DNA of 55,004 nucleotides from Salinivirgaceae bacterium. Its GTDB lineage: Bacteria; Bacteroidota; Bacteroidia; Bacteroidales; SZUA-534. Position numbers and translations under genes: made by a program. Position 1 is the first letter of the stretch. Each line of letters opens with the position of its first letter. The notes under the pieces are model-generated. The model saw only the letters and a list, made by a program, of their open reading frames with translations. It was not told the DNA's origin and searched no databases. The stretch lies in assembly GCA_030620515.1 (NCBI GenBank), contig JAUXEM010000003.1, positions 1 to 55,004 on the forward strand, given 5' to 3'. This document shows positions 20,605 through 31,216 of this stretch, piece after piece.

Positions 20605-21333
20605 CTAAATTTCCCTTACAACATCCTTATAAGCAAATCTTTTTTGTGGATACCAAACCCCATCATCTGCTGCTTTCCCAACCGAAATAATCATATTTAT
20701 TTCAGCTTTTCGAGGAAGCTTCAGGAATTTTTTTACTCTCTTCGAGTCAAATCCTTCTAAGGGGCAAGTGTCGTAACCCTCAGCCTTAACACTCAACATA
20801 AACGTTTGTGCTGCCAAGGCTACACTTTTATGTATAGTAACTTTTTTATTTATGCTTGTTACTTCACGTACAACGGGCTGTTTTAATCCTTTAAAAAATA
20901 CAAAGGTTTTTTTCAATAAGGATAAGACAAATAGAAAGTCGAAAGTATAAAATAAGGGCATTAGCTTTGTATAGTATAAAGTTCTCTTTTTTCTGCGAGA
21001 TTCTTTTTCAAAGCTATCTTTACTATTTATTAAATCGAGATTGAATTTAATAGACTGTTTGTATTTATCAGGGCGGACAACGAAAACCACTAATTCATTT
21101 GCTGTTTTTGCTGGCAGTTGGTCTAAGCAATAATAAGCAATTTTGCTTTTACTTTCTTCATTAGTAATTCGGTAAAACTCCCACAATTGCATGTTGCTGC
21201 TATTAGGCGATAATATTGCTCGCTCAATACTACGTTCAACAATGCTTTTATCGTAATTATGGCTTTTATCGTAAATACGAACCGATCGGCGTTCTTTTAC
21301 TATTTTATCAAAAATGGATGTCTCAGTATTCAT
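20605..21333 (-). CDS. Nitroreductase family protein
   Basis: RRSVRIY, SPNSSNMQLWEF, GYDTCPLEGFD. Confidence 0.9.
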   Translation of the reverse strand: MNTETSIFDKIVKERRSVRIYDKSHNYDKSIVERSIERAILSPNSSNMQLWEFYRITNEESKSKIAYYCLDQLPAKTANELVVFVVRPDKYKQSIKFNLDLINSKDSFEKESRRKKRTLYYTKLMPLFYTFDFLFVLSLLKKTFVFFKGLKQPVVREVTSINKKVTIHKSVALAAQTFMLSVKAEGYDTCPLEGFDSKRVKKFLKLPRKAEINMIISVGKAADDGVWYPQKRFAYKDVVREI

Positions 21334-21622
21334 AAAATTATTTTTTGCCGTGCAAAGATGTGCAAAAATTTCATTACTAAATCAAATAGAACCACATTAT
21401 AAAAGTTTGATTTTAATTTCGCTAGTTGCAGTGTAACTATGCTGAAAATGAATATATTATATCGTTTTGTTATCACCTAAATAGTGAAAATGTACCGCAA
21501 CTTTATACCCTAGCTGCTAAATGTTATGTTTTTTACTTGCAGATATATAGTTTAATATTAGCATTTAAAGAATTCTAAATTATTTTCTAGCTTTGTACTA
21601 CTAAAATATTTAGAAAATAACT

Positions 21623-22603
21623 ATGGTAAAATTTTTAATTATAAGGTTCAGTTCAATTGGCGATATTGTTTTAACAACCCCCGTGGTTCGTGGTTTAAAG
21701 CAACAAGTAGAAGGAGCAGAAGTGCATTATTTAACAAAACCCCAGTTTGCTTCATTACTTACCGACAATCCATATATTGACAAGGTTCATACTTTAAGTA
21801 AAAATATAAATGATACCGTTAAAGATATTGTAAAAGAAGATTTTGATTATATTATAGACCTGCATCACAATTTGCGTACATCTTTAATTAAAAGAAAATT
21901 GCCAGTTGTTTCCTTCGCTTTCGACAAGCTTAATTTTAAAAAGTGGTTATTGGTTAATATTAAGATTAATAAAATGCCAAAAGTTCACATTGTAGAACGC
22001 TACATGGATACTCTAAAGGTTTTCGATGTAAAAGAAGATGGTAAAGGTCTTGACTTTTATATTCCGAAAATAGACAATATTATACCTGAACAAAAACACT
22101 CGGCGTTTAATGGTAAATATATGGTGGTTGTTCTTGGAGCCAACCATGCTACAAAGCAAATTCCGAAAGAAAAGTTGGTTGGCATAATTAATAACTCTGG
22201 GATACCTGTTTGTTTAGTTGGTGGTAAAGATGTTGAGCTTGTTTCGCAAGAAATTGAGGAGCAATTAAAAGTTCCTTTTTTAAATACTGTTGGTAAGATA
22301 AACCTTAATCAATCGGCATCGTTTATTCAGCAAAGTTCCATTGTATTAACGCCCGATACTGGAATGATGCATATTGCTTCGGCTTTTCAGAAAGACATTA
22401 TATCGCTTTGGGGAAATACTGTTCCCGATTTTGGAATGTTTCCGTACAAAGCAGGCGAACAATCTAAAATTTTTGAGGTTAACAATTTACGCTGTAGACC
22501 CTGCTCAAAAATTGGTTTTATAAAATGTCCTAAAAAGCATTTTAAATGCATGAATGACATTAATAATGATCAAATTATAAAACATATACAATCACTTATT
22601 TAA
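21623..22603 (+). CDS. Glycosyltransferase family 9 (heptosyltransferase-like)
   Basis: RFSSIGDIVLTTP, DTGMMHIASA, CRPCSKIG..KCP..HFKCM. Confidence 0.9.
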   Translation: MVKFLIIRFSSIGDIVLTTPVVRGLKQQVEGAEVHYLTKPQFASLLTDNPYIDKVHTLSKNINDTVKDIVKEDFDYIIDLHHNLRTSLIKRKLPVVSFAFDKLNFKKWLLVNIKINKMPKVHIVERYMDTLKVFDVKEDGKGLDFYIPKIDNIIPEQKHSAFNGKYMVVVLGANHATKQIPKEKLVGIINNSGIPVCLVGGKDVELVSQEIEEQLKVPFLNTVGKINLNQSASFIQQSSIVLTPDTGMMHIASAFQKDIISLWGNTVPDFGMFPYKAGEQSKIFEVNNLRCRPCSKIGFIKCPKKHFKCMNDINNDQIIKHIQSLI

Positions 22604-22654
22604 ACAGTAGAAATATTAAAATATATGGAACAAGGGATTTTACTAGAGGCAAAT

Positions 22655-22689
22655 TAGAATATAGAATACAGAAAGTAGGCAGTAAGAAG
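22655..22689. repeat. AGAA heptamer array
   Basis: tagaata tagaata cagaaag taggcag taagaag. Confidence 0.65.
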
Positions 22690-22747
22690 CGATTTCAATT
22701 ATAAACAATAACAATTCATTCATTAGTGTGGTTTTAAATAGAATACT

Positions 22748-22777
22748 AATCTGTGTTAATCTGAGTTATCTGTGGTG
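22748..22777. repeat. ATCTGwG 9-10-mer tandem repeat (three units)
   Basis: aatctgtgtt aatctgagtt atctgtggtg. Confidence 0.55.
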
Positions 22778-22838
22778 AAATTAAATGATAAGATTGAATT
22801 AGAAAGCAATTTAAGCTTTTGTGAATAAAAATTAAAGA

Positions 22839-24119
22839 ATGGATACCATTTACGGAAAAAACATACAACGCACCGATATTGAAATAATGGCTCCAGTTGG
22901 GTCATATGAATCACTAATGGCAGCTATACAAGCAGGCGCTAACTCTGTTTATTTTGGCATTGAGCAATTAAACATGCGTGCCCGTTCATCTAATAATTTT
23001 ACTGCTGACGATTTGGCTAAGATTGTTGGTATTTGCGAAGAGAATAATGTGAAATCTTACCTAACTGTAAATACCATTATTTACGACCACGAAATGCTTT
23101 TGCTGAAAAAGGTAATTGATGCTGCAGCTGAACATAAAGTTACTGCAGTTATTGCTGCCGACATGGCTGTGTTGCAGTATGCTTACGAAAAAGGCGTGGA
23201 AATACACGCATCAACACAATTAAATATTAGCAATTTTCAAGCTGTTAAATTTTTCTCCCAATTTTGTGATGTAGTAGTTACTGCTCGTGAATTAAATCTT
23301 AACCAAGTTGCTGCAATAACCGAGCAAATAGTTAATGAAGATATTCGTGGGCCAAAAGGGGAATTAATGCGTATTGAGATTTTTGCTCATGGTGCACTAT
23401 GCATGGCTGTTTCGGGAAAATGCTATCTTAGTTTACACGAGAATAATACTTCAGCAAACCGTGGTGCCTGTTACCAAACTTGTCGTAAAGCTTACGATGT
23501 TACAGAGAAAGACACAGGTAATCAACTCCATATAGACAATCAGTATATAATGTCACCCAAAGATTTATGTACTATTCCATTTTTAGATAGAATAATTTTA
23601 GCTGGGGTTGGTGTGCTTAAAATTGAAGGGCGTGCAAGGGGAGCTGAATATGTTAAAACTGTGGTTGCAACGTATAACGAAGCTCTTGACGCAATTTTTG
23701 AAGGAACATTTTCTTCAGAAAAAATAAAAGTGTGGGAAGATAAATTACGAACCGTATTTAATCGAGGCTTTTGGGATGGTTATTATTTGGGGCGTAAACT
23801 TGGTGAGTGGAGCGAGGTTTATGGTTCACGAGCTACAAAACGGAAGCAATATATTGGTAAATGCACCAACTATTTTAGTAAGCTTAATGTAGTAGAAATT
23901 TCCATGGCAAGTGGAGTAGTAATTGTTGGCGACGATATAATTTTTGTTGGCGAAACAACAGGAGTTGTGGAAATGAAAGTTGTAGAATTAAGGGTTGATT
24001 TGAAGTCTGTTGAAAAATCAGAAAAAGGTGAAAAATGTTCTCTTATTGTGAGCGAGCTTGTTAGGCGTGGTGATAAAGTTTACAAACTGGTTGATGCTGC
24101 TCCTGATTTAATGCAATAA
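22839..24119 (+). CDS. Peptidase U32-family protein (likely Fe-S-dependent RNA hydroxylase type)
   Basis: HASTQ, EIFAHGALCMAVSGKC, NRGACYQTCR, LKIEGRAR. Confidence 0.9.
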   Translation: MDTIYGKNIQRTDIEIMAPVGSYESLMAAIQAGANSVYFGIEQLNMRARSSNNFTADDLAKIVGICEENNVKSYLTVNTIIYDHEMLLLKKVIDAAAEHKVTAVIAADMAVLQYAYEKGVEIHASTQLNISNFQAVKFFSQFCDVVVTARELNLNQVAAITEQIVNEDIRGPKGELMRIEIFAHGALCMAVSGKCYLSLHENNTSANRGACYQTCRKAYDVTEKDTGNQLHIDNQYIMSPKDLCTIPFLDRIILAGVGVLKIEGRARGAEYVKTVVATYNEALDAIFEGTFSSEKIKVWEDKLRTVFNRGFWDGYYLGRKLGEWSEVYGSRATKRKQYIGKCTNYFSKLNVVEISMASGVVIVGDDIIFVGETTGVVEMKVVELRVDLKSVEKSEKGEKCSLIVSELVRRGDKVYKLVDAAPDLMQ

Positions 24120-24213
24120 GAGAATATATGATTAAGAACCAAGAATTCAGAAAGTTGCAACTAGCTTGCTTATTTATTAGTGCATTCGTCGCAATTTTTT
24201 AATAATGTAATTA

Positions 24214-24666
24214 TTGACCTACAACCAAATAAAAACCCGTCTTGCTCCTTGTGTATTGCACTGTGAAAAATGTTTTGCTTTTGCCAATGGAGACATTGCC
24301 AACCAAAGCGGGTATTTAAAATATTTATTAGGAAATTTTGACAACTATGCCGAACGTTTTGTTGACTTGTTAGATAATGCTGTATTTAGTAATTATCCTC
24401 AGTTTAAAGTAATGCTAAATTCTTTTTCTGAATCCGAGTGCAAAGGATGCAGAGAGGAAAGTTGCAAATTATTTAAAAGCTGTAAGGTTCGAAAATGTCA
24501 TGAGAAAAAGAACGTTGATTACTGTTTTCAATGTTTTGAGTTTCCTTGTTCTAATACAGGTTTCGACGAGAATCTATATAAGCGATCGGTAGATATTAAT
24601 TTTAAAATGAAAGAAATAGGAGTAAAGGTTTATTATAATCAGATTAAATATTTGCCAAGATATTAA
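24214..24666 (+). CDS. DUF3795-like Cys-rich protein
   Basis: APC.LHCEKC, CKGCR, CKVRKC, DYCFQCFEFPC; only a TTG start is available. Confidence 0.65.
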   Translation: MTYNQIKTRLAPCVLHCEKCFAFANGDIANQSGYLKYLLGNFDNYAERFVDLLDNAVFSNYPQFKVMLNSFSESECKGCREESCKLFKSCKVRKCHEKKNVDYCFQCFEFPCSNTGFDENLYKRSVDINFKMKEIGVKVYYNQIKYLPRY

Positions 24667-25039
24667 TAAGTTTTATACAAAATCATTTGATGATGAATAC
24701 TGATAACAAAGTGTGAATGTATCAAATAATTATGTCTTATTACTTTCTACCTGCCGACAAGGCAAGCTGTTATCTTTTTGCATATTGCTACTCATACCTT
24801 TAATACTATAAACATTGGCTGTTAGAGTATTTATTGCCGATACACAAGAGTTATTTTGTAAATAAATGACTAACTAGCCTATTCTAAACAACTATAAGTC
24901 TATATTTGCGCCCGTTAAAAAAAAGGAGCTTATGTAAGATGTATATTTCATTTTACATCTATAATATAATCAGAAAGATACTAGTTATACGAAACCTTAG
25001 AGCAATCGAGGCTATCTGTGTGACGCAAATAAAAAAATT

Positions 25040-26653
25040 ATGAAGCGATTATTAAGAAACTTTACTAACAATCCTAAAAACGATATTTTGTCAGGTTTTA
25101 CCGTTGCCCTTGCATTAGTACCAGAGGCAGTTGCTTTTGCCTTTGTTGCTGGTATTGACCCATTGGTCGGTTTATACGGTGCATTTATGATGGGTATTGT
25201 TACTTCGCTTTTTGGTGGACGACCGGGTATGATTTCAGGAGCTACTGGAGCAATGGCTGTGGTAATGGTTCATATGATTCAAAAAGGAAATGCGGTAGGA
25301 ATGACTTTGGAAAACCCAGTTGAAAACTTAGGACTTCATTGGTTATTTATTACATTAATTATAGTTGGAGTTATTCAAGGTTTGGCAGGTGTATTTAAAC
25401 TAGGGAAATATGTTCGCCTTATTCCACATCCTGTAATGATGGGTTTTGTTAATGGTTTAGCTATTGTAATATTTGTTTCGCAGCTTGGTATGTTTAAAGA
25501 GCGTGTTGGCGATTCCATGGAATGGTTGCAAGGTTTTAGTTTATATATAATGATTGGCTTAGTCGCCTTAACAATGGCAATAATGTTTATTTTGCCGAAA
25601 ATTACAAAAAAAGTACCTGCAGCTCTTATTGCTATTGTTGTTGTTGCTGCTATTACAATATTTAGTGGCTTCGATGTCAGTACTGTAGGTTCATTTATTA
25701 GAAGTGGTGGTGGAGTAGGACTAGGAGGTGGGTTGCCGACTTTTCAAACTCAAATATTTGGATTATTACCAACCATAAATGGTCATTGGGGTTTAATATT
25801 ATCTACAGCAGTTTTACTTGCAGCGGTGGGGCTTATTGAATCGTTAATGACTCTGAATTTAATTGACGAGTACACCGAAACACGTGGTAGTGGAAACCGT
25901 GAGTGTGTGGCTCAGGGTACTGCAAATATTCTAAACGGATTTTTTGGCGGAATGGGTGGTTGTGCCATGATAGGACAATCTATTATTAATGTTAACTCAG
26001 GTGGGCGTGGTCGTTTGTCAGGAGCTGTTGCTGCTTTAGCTTTACTGGCTTTTATATTATTTGCAGCACCACTTATAGAGCAAATTCCTATTGCTGCTTT
26101 GGTTGGTGTAATGTTTATGGTTGTTATAGGAACCTTTGCTTGGAGTAGTTTTCGCATCATTAATAAAATTCCAATTTCCGATGCTTTTGTGCTAATTATT
26201 GTTTCGGCTATTACTGTTTGGCAAGATCTTGCTATTGCTGTAATTGCTGGTGTTATAGTATCTGCTTTAGTTTTTGCATGGAAAAGTGCTACACTTATTC
26301 GTATGAAAGTTAGACAAAAAGAAGATGGTACTAAAGTGTATGAAATGTGGGGTCCATTATTTTTTGGTTCAGCACTGGGCTTTACTAATAGGTTCGATGT
26401 AAGTACAGACCCACAAAATGTTGAGATTGATTTTATTGAATCGAAAGTAAACGACCATTCAGGAATTGAGGCAGTAAGCAATATTGCCGATAAGTATTTA
26501 GCTGCCGGAAAAATACTAAAGTTAATGCATTTAAGTTCAGAATGTAAAACACTTTTACTTAAAGCTAATCCTAAATTACATACCGTTATTGAAACATCGG
26601 TTGACGACCCACGGTATTATGTGGTTACCAACTCGGTAGATAAGGAAGTTTAA
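25040..26653 (+). CDS. SulP-family inorganic anion transporter with STAS domain
   Basis: VALALVPEAVAFA, GGRPGMISGATGA, GGCAMIGQS, GPLFFGS; TATATTTG promoter at 24901. Confidence 0.93.
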   Translation: MKRLLRNFTNNPKNDILSGFTVALALVPEAVAFAFVAGIDPLVGLYGAFMMGIVTSLFGGRPGMISGATGAMAVVMVHMIQKGNAVGMTLENPVENLGLHWLFITLIIVGVIQGLAGVFKLGKYVRLIPHPVMMGFVNGLAIVIFVSQLGMFKERVGDSMEWLQGFSLYIMIGLVALTMAIMFILPKITKKVPAALIAIVVVAAITIFSGFDVSTVGSFIRSGGGVGLGGGLPTFQTQIFGLLPTINGHWGLILSTAVLLAAVGLIESLMTLNLIDEYTETRGSGNRECVAQGTANILNGFFGGMGGCAMIGQSIINVNSGGRGRLSGAVAALALLAFILFAAPLIEQIPIAALVGVMFMVVIGTFAWSSFRIINKIPISDAFVLIIVSAITVWQDLAIAVIAGVIVSALVFAWKSATLIRMKVRQKEDGTKVYEMWGPLFFGSALGFTNRFDVSTDPQNVEIDFIESKVNDHSGIEAVSNIADKYLAAGKILKLMHLSSECKTLLLKANPKLHTVIETSVDDPRYYVVTNSVDKEV

Positions 26654-26850
26654 TTCAAAAAGGAATGAACCCACCCTCTTTGCCGTGGGCAAACCTACTT
26701 ATTCAGGTTTACCTTTAGGCTGGTAATGTATTTTGCTTTTAATATTTATTCGTGCATTTGCGGCAATTATTTTTTCTACAACTAAAACTGAGATACCATT
26801 GATACTAACCATACTGATTGATGTTGCTATTGTTTTCTTCTTTTTTTACA

Positions 26851-26885
26851 TTCTTAATTCTGTATTCTAATTTCTAGTTTCTTTC
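26851..26885. repeat. TTCTnnn heptamer array (five units)
   Basis: ttcttaa ttctgta ttctaat ttctagt ttctttc, exact 7-nt period. Confidence 0.75.
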
Positions 26886-26909
26886 TTCGGAATAAAATAT
26901 CTTTGCAAC

Positions 26910-27656
26910 ATGGAAGAACCTCAATCTACACGGATAAATAAATACCTTAGCGAAGTTGGCTTTTGCTCGCGCCGAGCAGCCGATAAACTTATTGAGCAAG
27001 GCAAAGTAACCATTAACGGAAAGGTTCCTGAAATGGGAACCAAAATTGTGGAAGGCGATGTGATTTATGTAAATGGCAAACTAATTTCCGATCCTAAAAA
27101 CAAAGCTGTTTATATTGCTTTTAATAAACCTGTTGGTGTTGTTTGTACCACCGATGGGCGGGTTGAGAAAAATAATATTATCGATTTTATTGGTTACCCG
27201 AAACGTATTTTCCCAATAGGTAGATTAGATAAGCCAAGCGAGGGTTTAATTTTCTTGACCAACGATGGCGATATAGTAAACAAAATACTTCGAGCTCGCA
27301 ATCACCACGAAAAGGAATATCTAGTTAAAGTAGATATACCAATTACAAAAGAATTTATTACAAAAATGGGCAATGGTGTTCCTATTTTAGATACAATTAC
27401 GCGAAAATGCCACGTAGAACAAATTGACCGATTTCAATTTAAAATTATTCTTACTCAAGGCTTGAATCGCCAAATTAGGCGTATGTGCGAATATCTAGAT
27501 TATAATGTAATGGCTTTAAAACGAGTACGCATTATGAATGTTACCCTAGACACTCCTGTAGGTAAGTGGCGCGATTTAACAAATAAAGAAGTTAATGAAA
27601 TAAGAAATATGGTTTCTGATTCTTCAAAAATATTCGATGAATTGGAGAGTGAATAG
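26910..27656 (+). CDS. rluF: 23S rRNA pseudouridine synthase F (S4 domain + RsuA-family core)
   Basis: [37 protein letters not shown]. Confidence 0.88.
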   Translation: MEEPQSTRINKYLSEVGFCSRRAADKLIEQGKVTINGKVPEMGTKIVEGDVIYVNGKLISDPKNKAVYIAFNKPVGVVCTTDGRVEKNNIIDFIGYPKRIFPIGRLDKPSEGLIFLTNDGDIVNKILRARNHHEKEYLVKVDIPITKEFITKMGNGVPILDTITRKCHVEQIDRFQFKIILTQGLNRQIRRMCEYLDYNVMALKRVRIMNVTLDTPVGKWRDLTNKEVNEIRNMVSDSSKIFDELESE

Positions 27657-27658
27657 TT

Positions 27659-28051
27659 ATGCCACGTCGAATACCTAAAATAACGATAGCCAACTTTGGC
27701 AAATATACCACTTGGGATAGAACAAGTAATAAATTACCAAAATTATTAAAATATACTACAACAGTTGAAGCTGTTGTTGGTAACGAGTTTGGAATAATTA
27801 TAGATGTTGACAATTATAAAGGTAAGGTTTTAGAGTTCATTATTAAGCATCCTCCAATTTTAAACACCAAAGGCAACTTAATGCCCCAATTTAAAGGCGA
27901 GCTTTTTGTTCATTCAAACCACACACAGTTTTTTGTTGGTGATGGTATTTGGCTGCCAATTAACGATAAAGTTGGAGAGTGGGAAGTAATTATTCTTTAT
28001 GAGGGCAAAAAGCATGTTTCCAAAAAATTTCAGATAGTACTACCAGAATAA
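27659..28051 (+). CDS. DUF3859-like hypothetical protein
   Basis: EFG..I, HPP, F.GD.IW.P..DKVGEW pattern; 2 bp after rluF. Confidence 0.65.
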   Translation: MPRRIPKITIANFGKYTTWDRTSNKLPKLLKYTTTVEAVVGNEFGIIIDVDNYKGKVLEFIIKHPPILNTKGNLMPQFKGELFVHSNHTQFFVGDGIWLPINDKVGEWEVIILYEGKKHVSKKFQIVLPE

Positions 28052-28281
28052 GTGTTATAATATTTGCTGTGCTTCTTTGGAGAGCTGTTCGTTGTGAGAA
28101 AACGACAAAGCAGTGTATTATATTTACCATATTGAATTTTAAATCTATAGAAAGTCATTTCAAAATGTAGTAAATTAGTTAAGAATTACTTCACTTTGTT
28201 CGTAATGACTCTGAGCACATTTTGTCATTGCAATAACAATCAGCAATAGACCCTTTCCATGCATGTTGCACTGCGTGGCGG

Positions 28282-28309
28282 AATAGCTTGTCCCGTATTA
28301 TCGGGAACG
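28282..28309. repeat. Dispersed hairpin repeat shared with the element at 46928-47091
   Basis: AATAGCTTGTCCCGTATTATCGGGAACG, 27/28 identical to 46972-46999. Confidence 0.8.
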
Positions 28310-28400
28310 TGGCAGTCTCTTGCCACCAATCTAAATGATTGAAAAATGGTTTTGAAAATAATAGAGCTGACAAAGTAAATTAAAATTACCTTTGCACCTT

Positions 28401-29636
28401 ATGAGCAAATACGATGTTATTGTTGTGGGTGCCGGTCCGGCCGGATTATTAGCTGCAGGTAGGGCTGCCGAAATAGGAAGCAAAGTGTTAATTGTTGAAA
28501 AAATGCGTCAACCTGGGCGTAAACTTCTTATTACCGGAAAAGGTCGATGTAACATTACTAACAATGCTGAAATTGGTGAGTTTGTTAAGCATGTTTATCC
28601 CAGCGGAAAATTTTTACGCTCTGCTTTTTCTCAGTATTACTCTAAAGATATAATTGATCTGCTTCAAAAATACGGCGTAGAGTCAACCCTTGAAAGAGGA
28701 GGACGGTATTTTCCAACTAGTAATAAATCGCTCGATGTGTTAAATGCATTACTTGAATGGGTTGGTGAACTTGGAGTAGAAATTAAATGTGACATAAAGG
28801 TCGAAAAACTTTTAGTAGAAGATGCTGCAATAAAAGGTATTCAAGCAAATGGGCAGCTTTTTTTATGCGAAAAAATAATTTTGGCAACTGGTGGAAAATC
28901 ATATCCAGCAACTGGTTCAACCGGTGATGGCTACGAGTTAGTAAAAAAAATTGGGCATACCATTGTAAAAGTTATGCCGGCTCTTGTTCCGCTCGAAACC
29001 GAAGGGCAAGTTGCTAATAAACTGCAAGGGTTGAATCTTAAAAACGTAAAAGCAGTTGTGTGGATTAACGACAAAAAAATGAGTGAGTCGTTCGGCGAGA
29101 TGATTTTTACTCATTTTGGACTTTCAGGTCCTATAATATTAACTTTAAGTAGATTTGTGGGAATTGCTCTGCTAGAGAAAAGTAAAGTGAATATAACTGT
29201 TGATTTAAAGCCTGCTCTTAACGAACAAAAACTCGACAATCGTTTAATTCGCGATTTAAATGAGCATGGTAAAAAGAGAATAGGAAATATCTTTAAATTT
29301 TGGCTGCCAGCAACAATGGTTCCTGTATTTATTGAGCTATTGGGAATTGACCCTGATAAAGAATGTCATCAAATTTCAGGCAAAGAGCGAAAGCAAATTA
29401 AACATTTACTAAAAAATCTTCCGTTTACTATTAATAGCATTCGTTCCTTTAAAGAGGCAATTATTACTGCTGGAGGGGTTTCAACCAAAGAAATACAAAC
29501 AAAAACCATGGAATCGAAACTTGTTAAAGGTCTTTATTTTGCTGGTGAAATGATTGATCTCGATGCAGAAACCGGAGGTTACAATTTGCAAATTGCCTAT
29601 TCAACGGGATGGGTTGCTGGTAATTCTTGTAAATAG
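28401..29636 (+). CDS. HI0933/BaiN/YhiN-family flavoprotein
   Basis: GAGPAG, KLLITGKGRCNITN, TGSTGDGY, FTHFGLSGP, TGGYNLQ; ATG 28401 taken as start. Confidence 0.92.
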   Translation: MSKYDVIVVGAGPAGLLAAGRAAEIGSKVLIVEKMRQPGRKLLITGKGRCNITNNAEIGEFVKHVYPSGKFLRSAFSQYYSKDIIDLLQKYGVESTLERGGRYFPTSNKSLDVLNALLEWVGELGVEIKCDIKVEKLLVEDAAIKGIQANGQLFLCEKIILATGGKSYPATGSTGDGYELVKKIGHTIVKVMPALVPLETEGQVANKLQGLNLKNVKAVVWINDKKMSESFGEMIFTHFGLSGPIILTLSRFVGIALLEKSKVNITVDLKPALNEQKLDNRLIRDLNEHGKKRIGNIFKFWLPATMVPVFIELLGIDPDKECHQISGKERKQIKHLLKNLPFTINSIRSFKEAIITAGGVSTKEIQTKTMESKLVKGLYFAGEMIDLDAETGGYNLQIAYSTGWVAGNSCK

Positions 29637-29651
29637 CATATTATATACTAT

Positions 29652-29680
29652 AAAAAAACCGCCTCAGTTACGAAGCGGCT
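29652..29680 (-). terminator. Intrinsic terminator of pgk
   Basis: Minus strand AGCCGCTTCGTAACTGAGGCGG followed by T7. Confidence 0.75.
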
Positions 29681-29714
29681 TCTTAATCCTATATTCTAAA
29701 TTCTGTATTCTATT
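29680..29714. repeat. TTCTnnn heptamer array overlapping the pgk stop
   Basis: ttcttaa tcctata ttctaaa ttctgta ttctatt. Confidence 0.75.
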
Positions 29715-30894
29715 CTGTTACAGCTGCAATTCCGGGTAATAATTTACCTTCAAGAAATTCAAGCGATGCTCCACCACCAGTTGAAATATGACTCATTTTA
29801 TCGGCTAATCCACTTTGGTTAACAGCAGCAACCGAGTCGCCACCACCAATAATTGAAATAGCAGAAGAATCGGCAACAGCTTGGCAAATACCAAATGTTC
29901 CTTTAGCAAAGTTTGGCATTTCAAAACATCCCATAGGACCATTCCAAACAATTGTTTTAGCAGTTGCAATTTCGGCAGTGTAAGCTTCAACGGTTTTAGG
30001 ACCAACGTCTAATGCCATCATACCTTCAGGAATATCTAAACCAACCATTTCAATGTTAGCATCGTTATCAAATTTATTGGCAGCTAAGTTGTCAAGAGGT
30101 AATAATAATTTAACACCTTTTGCTTTAGCATCCGCTAAAATTTGCTTAGCCGTTTCAATTAAATCCTCTTCAACCAAAGAGTTTCCAATTGTATGTCCTT
30201 GTGCTTTGTAAAAAGTGTAAGCCATTCCACCTCCTATAAGTATGGTATCTACTTTTTCAATAAATGTTTTTAGTACCTCTAATTTTCCTGAAACTTTTGC
30301 CCCACCAACAATGGCAACAAATGGTGTTTTTGGATTAGCAACAGTATCCCCTAAAAATTTAATTTCTTTCTCTAAAAGGAAACCAGCCATTTTCACATCA
30401 ACATATTCTGCAATAACTGCAGTTGAGGCATGTGAGCGGTGAGCTGTTCCAAAAGCATCGTTAACATAAACATCGGTACCTTCGGCTAATTGCTTTGCAA
30501 AAGTAGGCATAGCATCTTTGTCTTTGTTTTCAGCTTTATAAAAACGAAGGTTTTCTAATACAAGAATTTGTCCTGGCTGTAAAGCAGCTTTGGCTTCTAA
30601 TACCTTTGGTCCAATACAATCGTCAACAAAAATTACATCAATACCCGAAAGTTTTGTTAATTCAGGAATAATATGTTTAAGAGAGAATTTTTCTTCTGGT
30701 CCGTCTTTTGGTCTTCCAAGGTGTGACATTAAAACGGCAGAACCACCATCGTCAAGAATCTTTTTAATGGTAGGTAATGCACCAATAATACGAGTGTTAT
30801 CACTTACTTCAAAGTTGGCATTTAGTGGCACATTAAAGTCAACTCGTACAATGGCTTTTTTGCCATTAAAGTTGTAATTACTAATTTGTGTCAT
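29710..30894 (-). CDS. pgk: Phosphoglycerate kinase
   Basis: VRVDFNVP, SHLGRP, NDAFGTAHR, STGGGASLEFLEG. Confidence 0.99.
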   Translation of the reverse strand: MTQISNYNFNGKKAIVRVDFNVPLNANFEVSDNTRIIGALPTIKKILDDGGSAVLMSHLGRPKDGPEEKFSLKHIIPELTKLSGIDVIFVDDCIGPKVLEAKAALQPGQILVLENLRFYKAENKDKDAMPTFAKQLAEGTDVYVNDAFGTAHRSHASTAVIAEYVDVKMAGFLLEKEIKFLGDTVANPKTPFVAIVGGAKVSGKLEVLKTFIEKVDTILIGGGMAYTFYKAQGHTIGNSLVEEDLIETAKQILADAKAKGVKLLLPLDNLAANKFDNDANIEMVGLDIPEGMMALDVGPKTVEAYTAEIATAKTIVWNGPMGCFEMPNFAKGTFGICQAVADSSAISIIGGGDSVAAVNQSGLADKMSHISTGGGASLEFLEGKLLPGIAAVTE

Positions 30895-31162
30895 AATGTT
30901 GATTTTATGATTATTTTAAATCGTTTAATGCATTTATATTGAGCATACAAATATATAAAATAGCAGTAGTATTTTTACCAATAGAAAAACAAATTATTAT
31001 TGTGCTAAAGGTTCACTCATAAATATCTTGCGATTTTAAAAAATGTCTTTGCACCTATATAAAATTAAAATAATTACAGTTCCGCTGCTATGCCTGCAAT
31101 AAAACAATATGGTATAAATATACTGTTTGCCAAATATGAATTCAAACCATAAAATATTCTAC

Positions 31163-31192
31163 AAAAAAACCTCCAGCTAAAAGCCAGAGGTT
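31163..31192 (-). terminator. Intrinsic terminator of the response-regulator gene
   Basis: Minus strand AACCTCTGGC-loop-GCTGGAGG followed by T7. Confidence 0.7.
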
Positions 31193-31216
31193 CTATATAT
31201 TAATATTTATAGTTAT

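Noticed and set aside
25912-26481. 189-aa antisense ORF in SulP, and other short antisense ORFs in typA, pgk, ilvE, the permeases and the ATPase
   Set aside because: Fully nested opposite well-supported genes, with no recognisable motifs.
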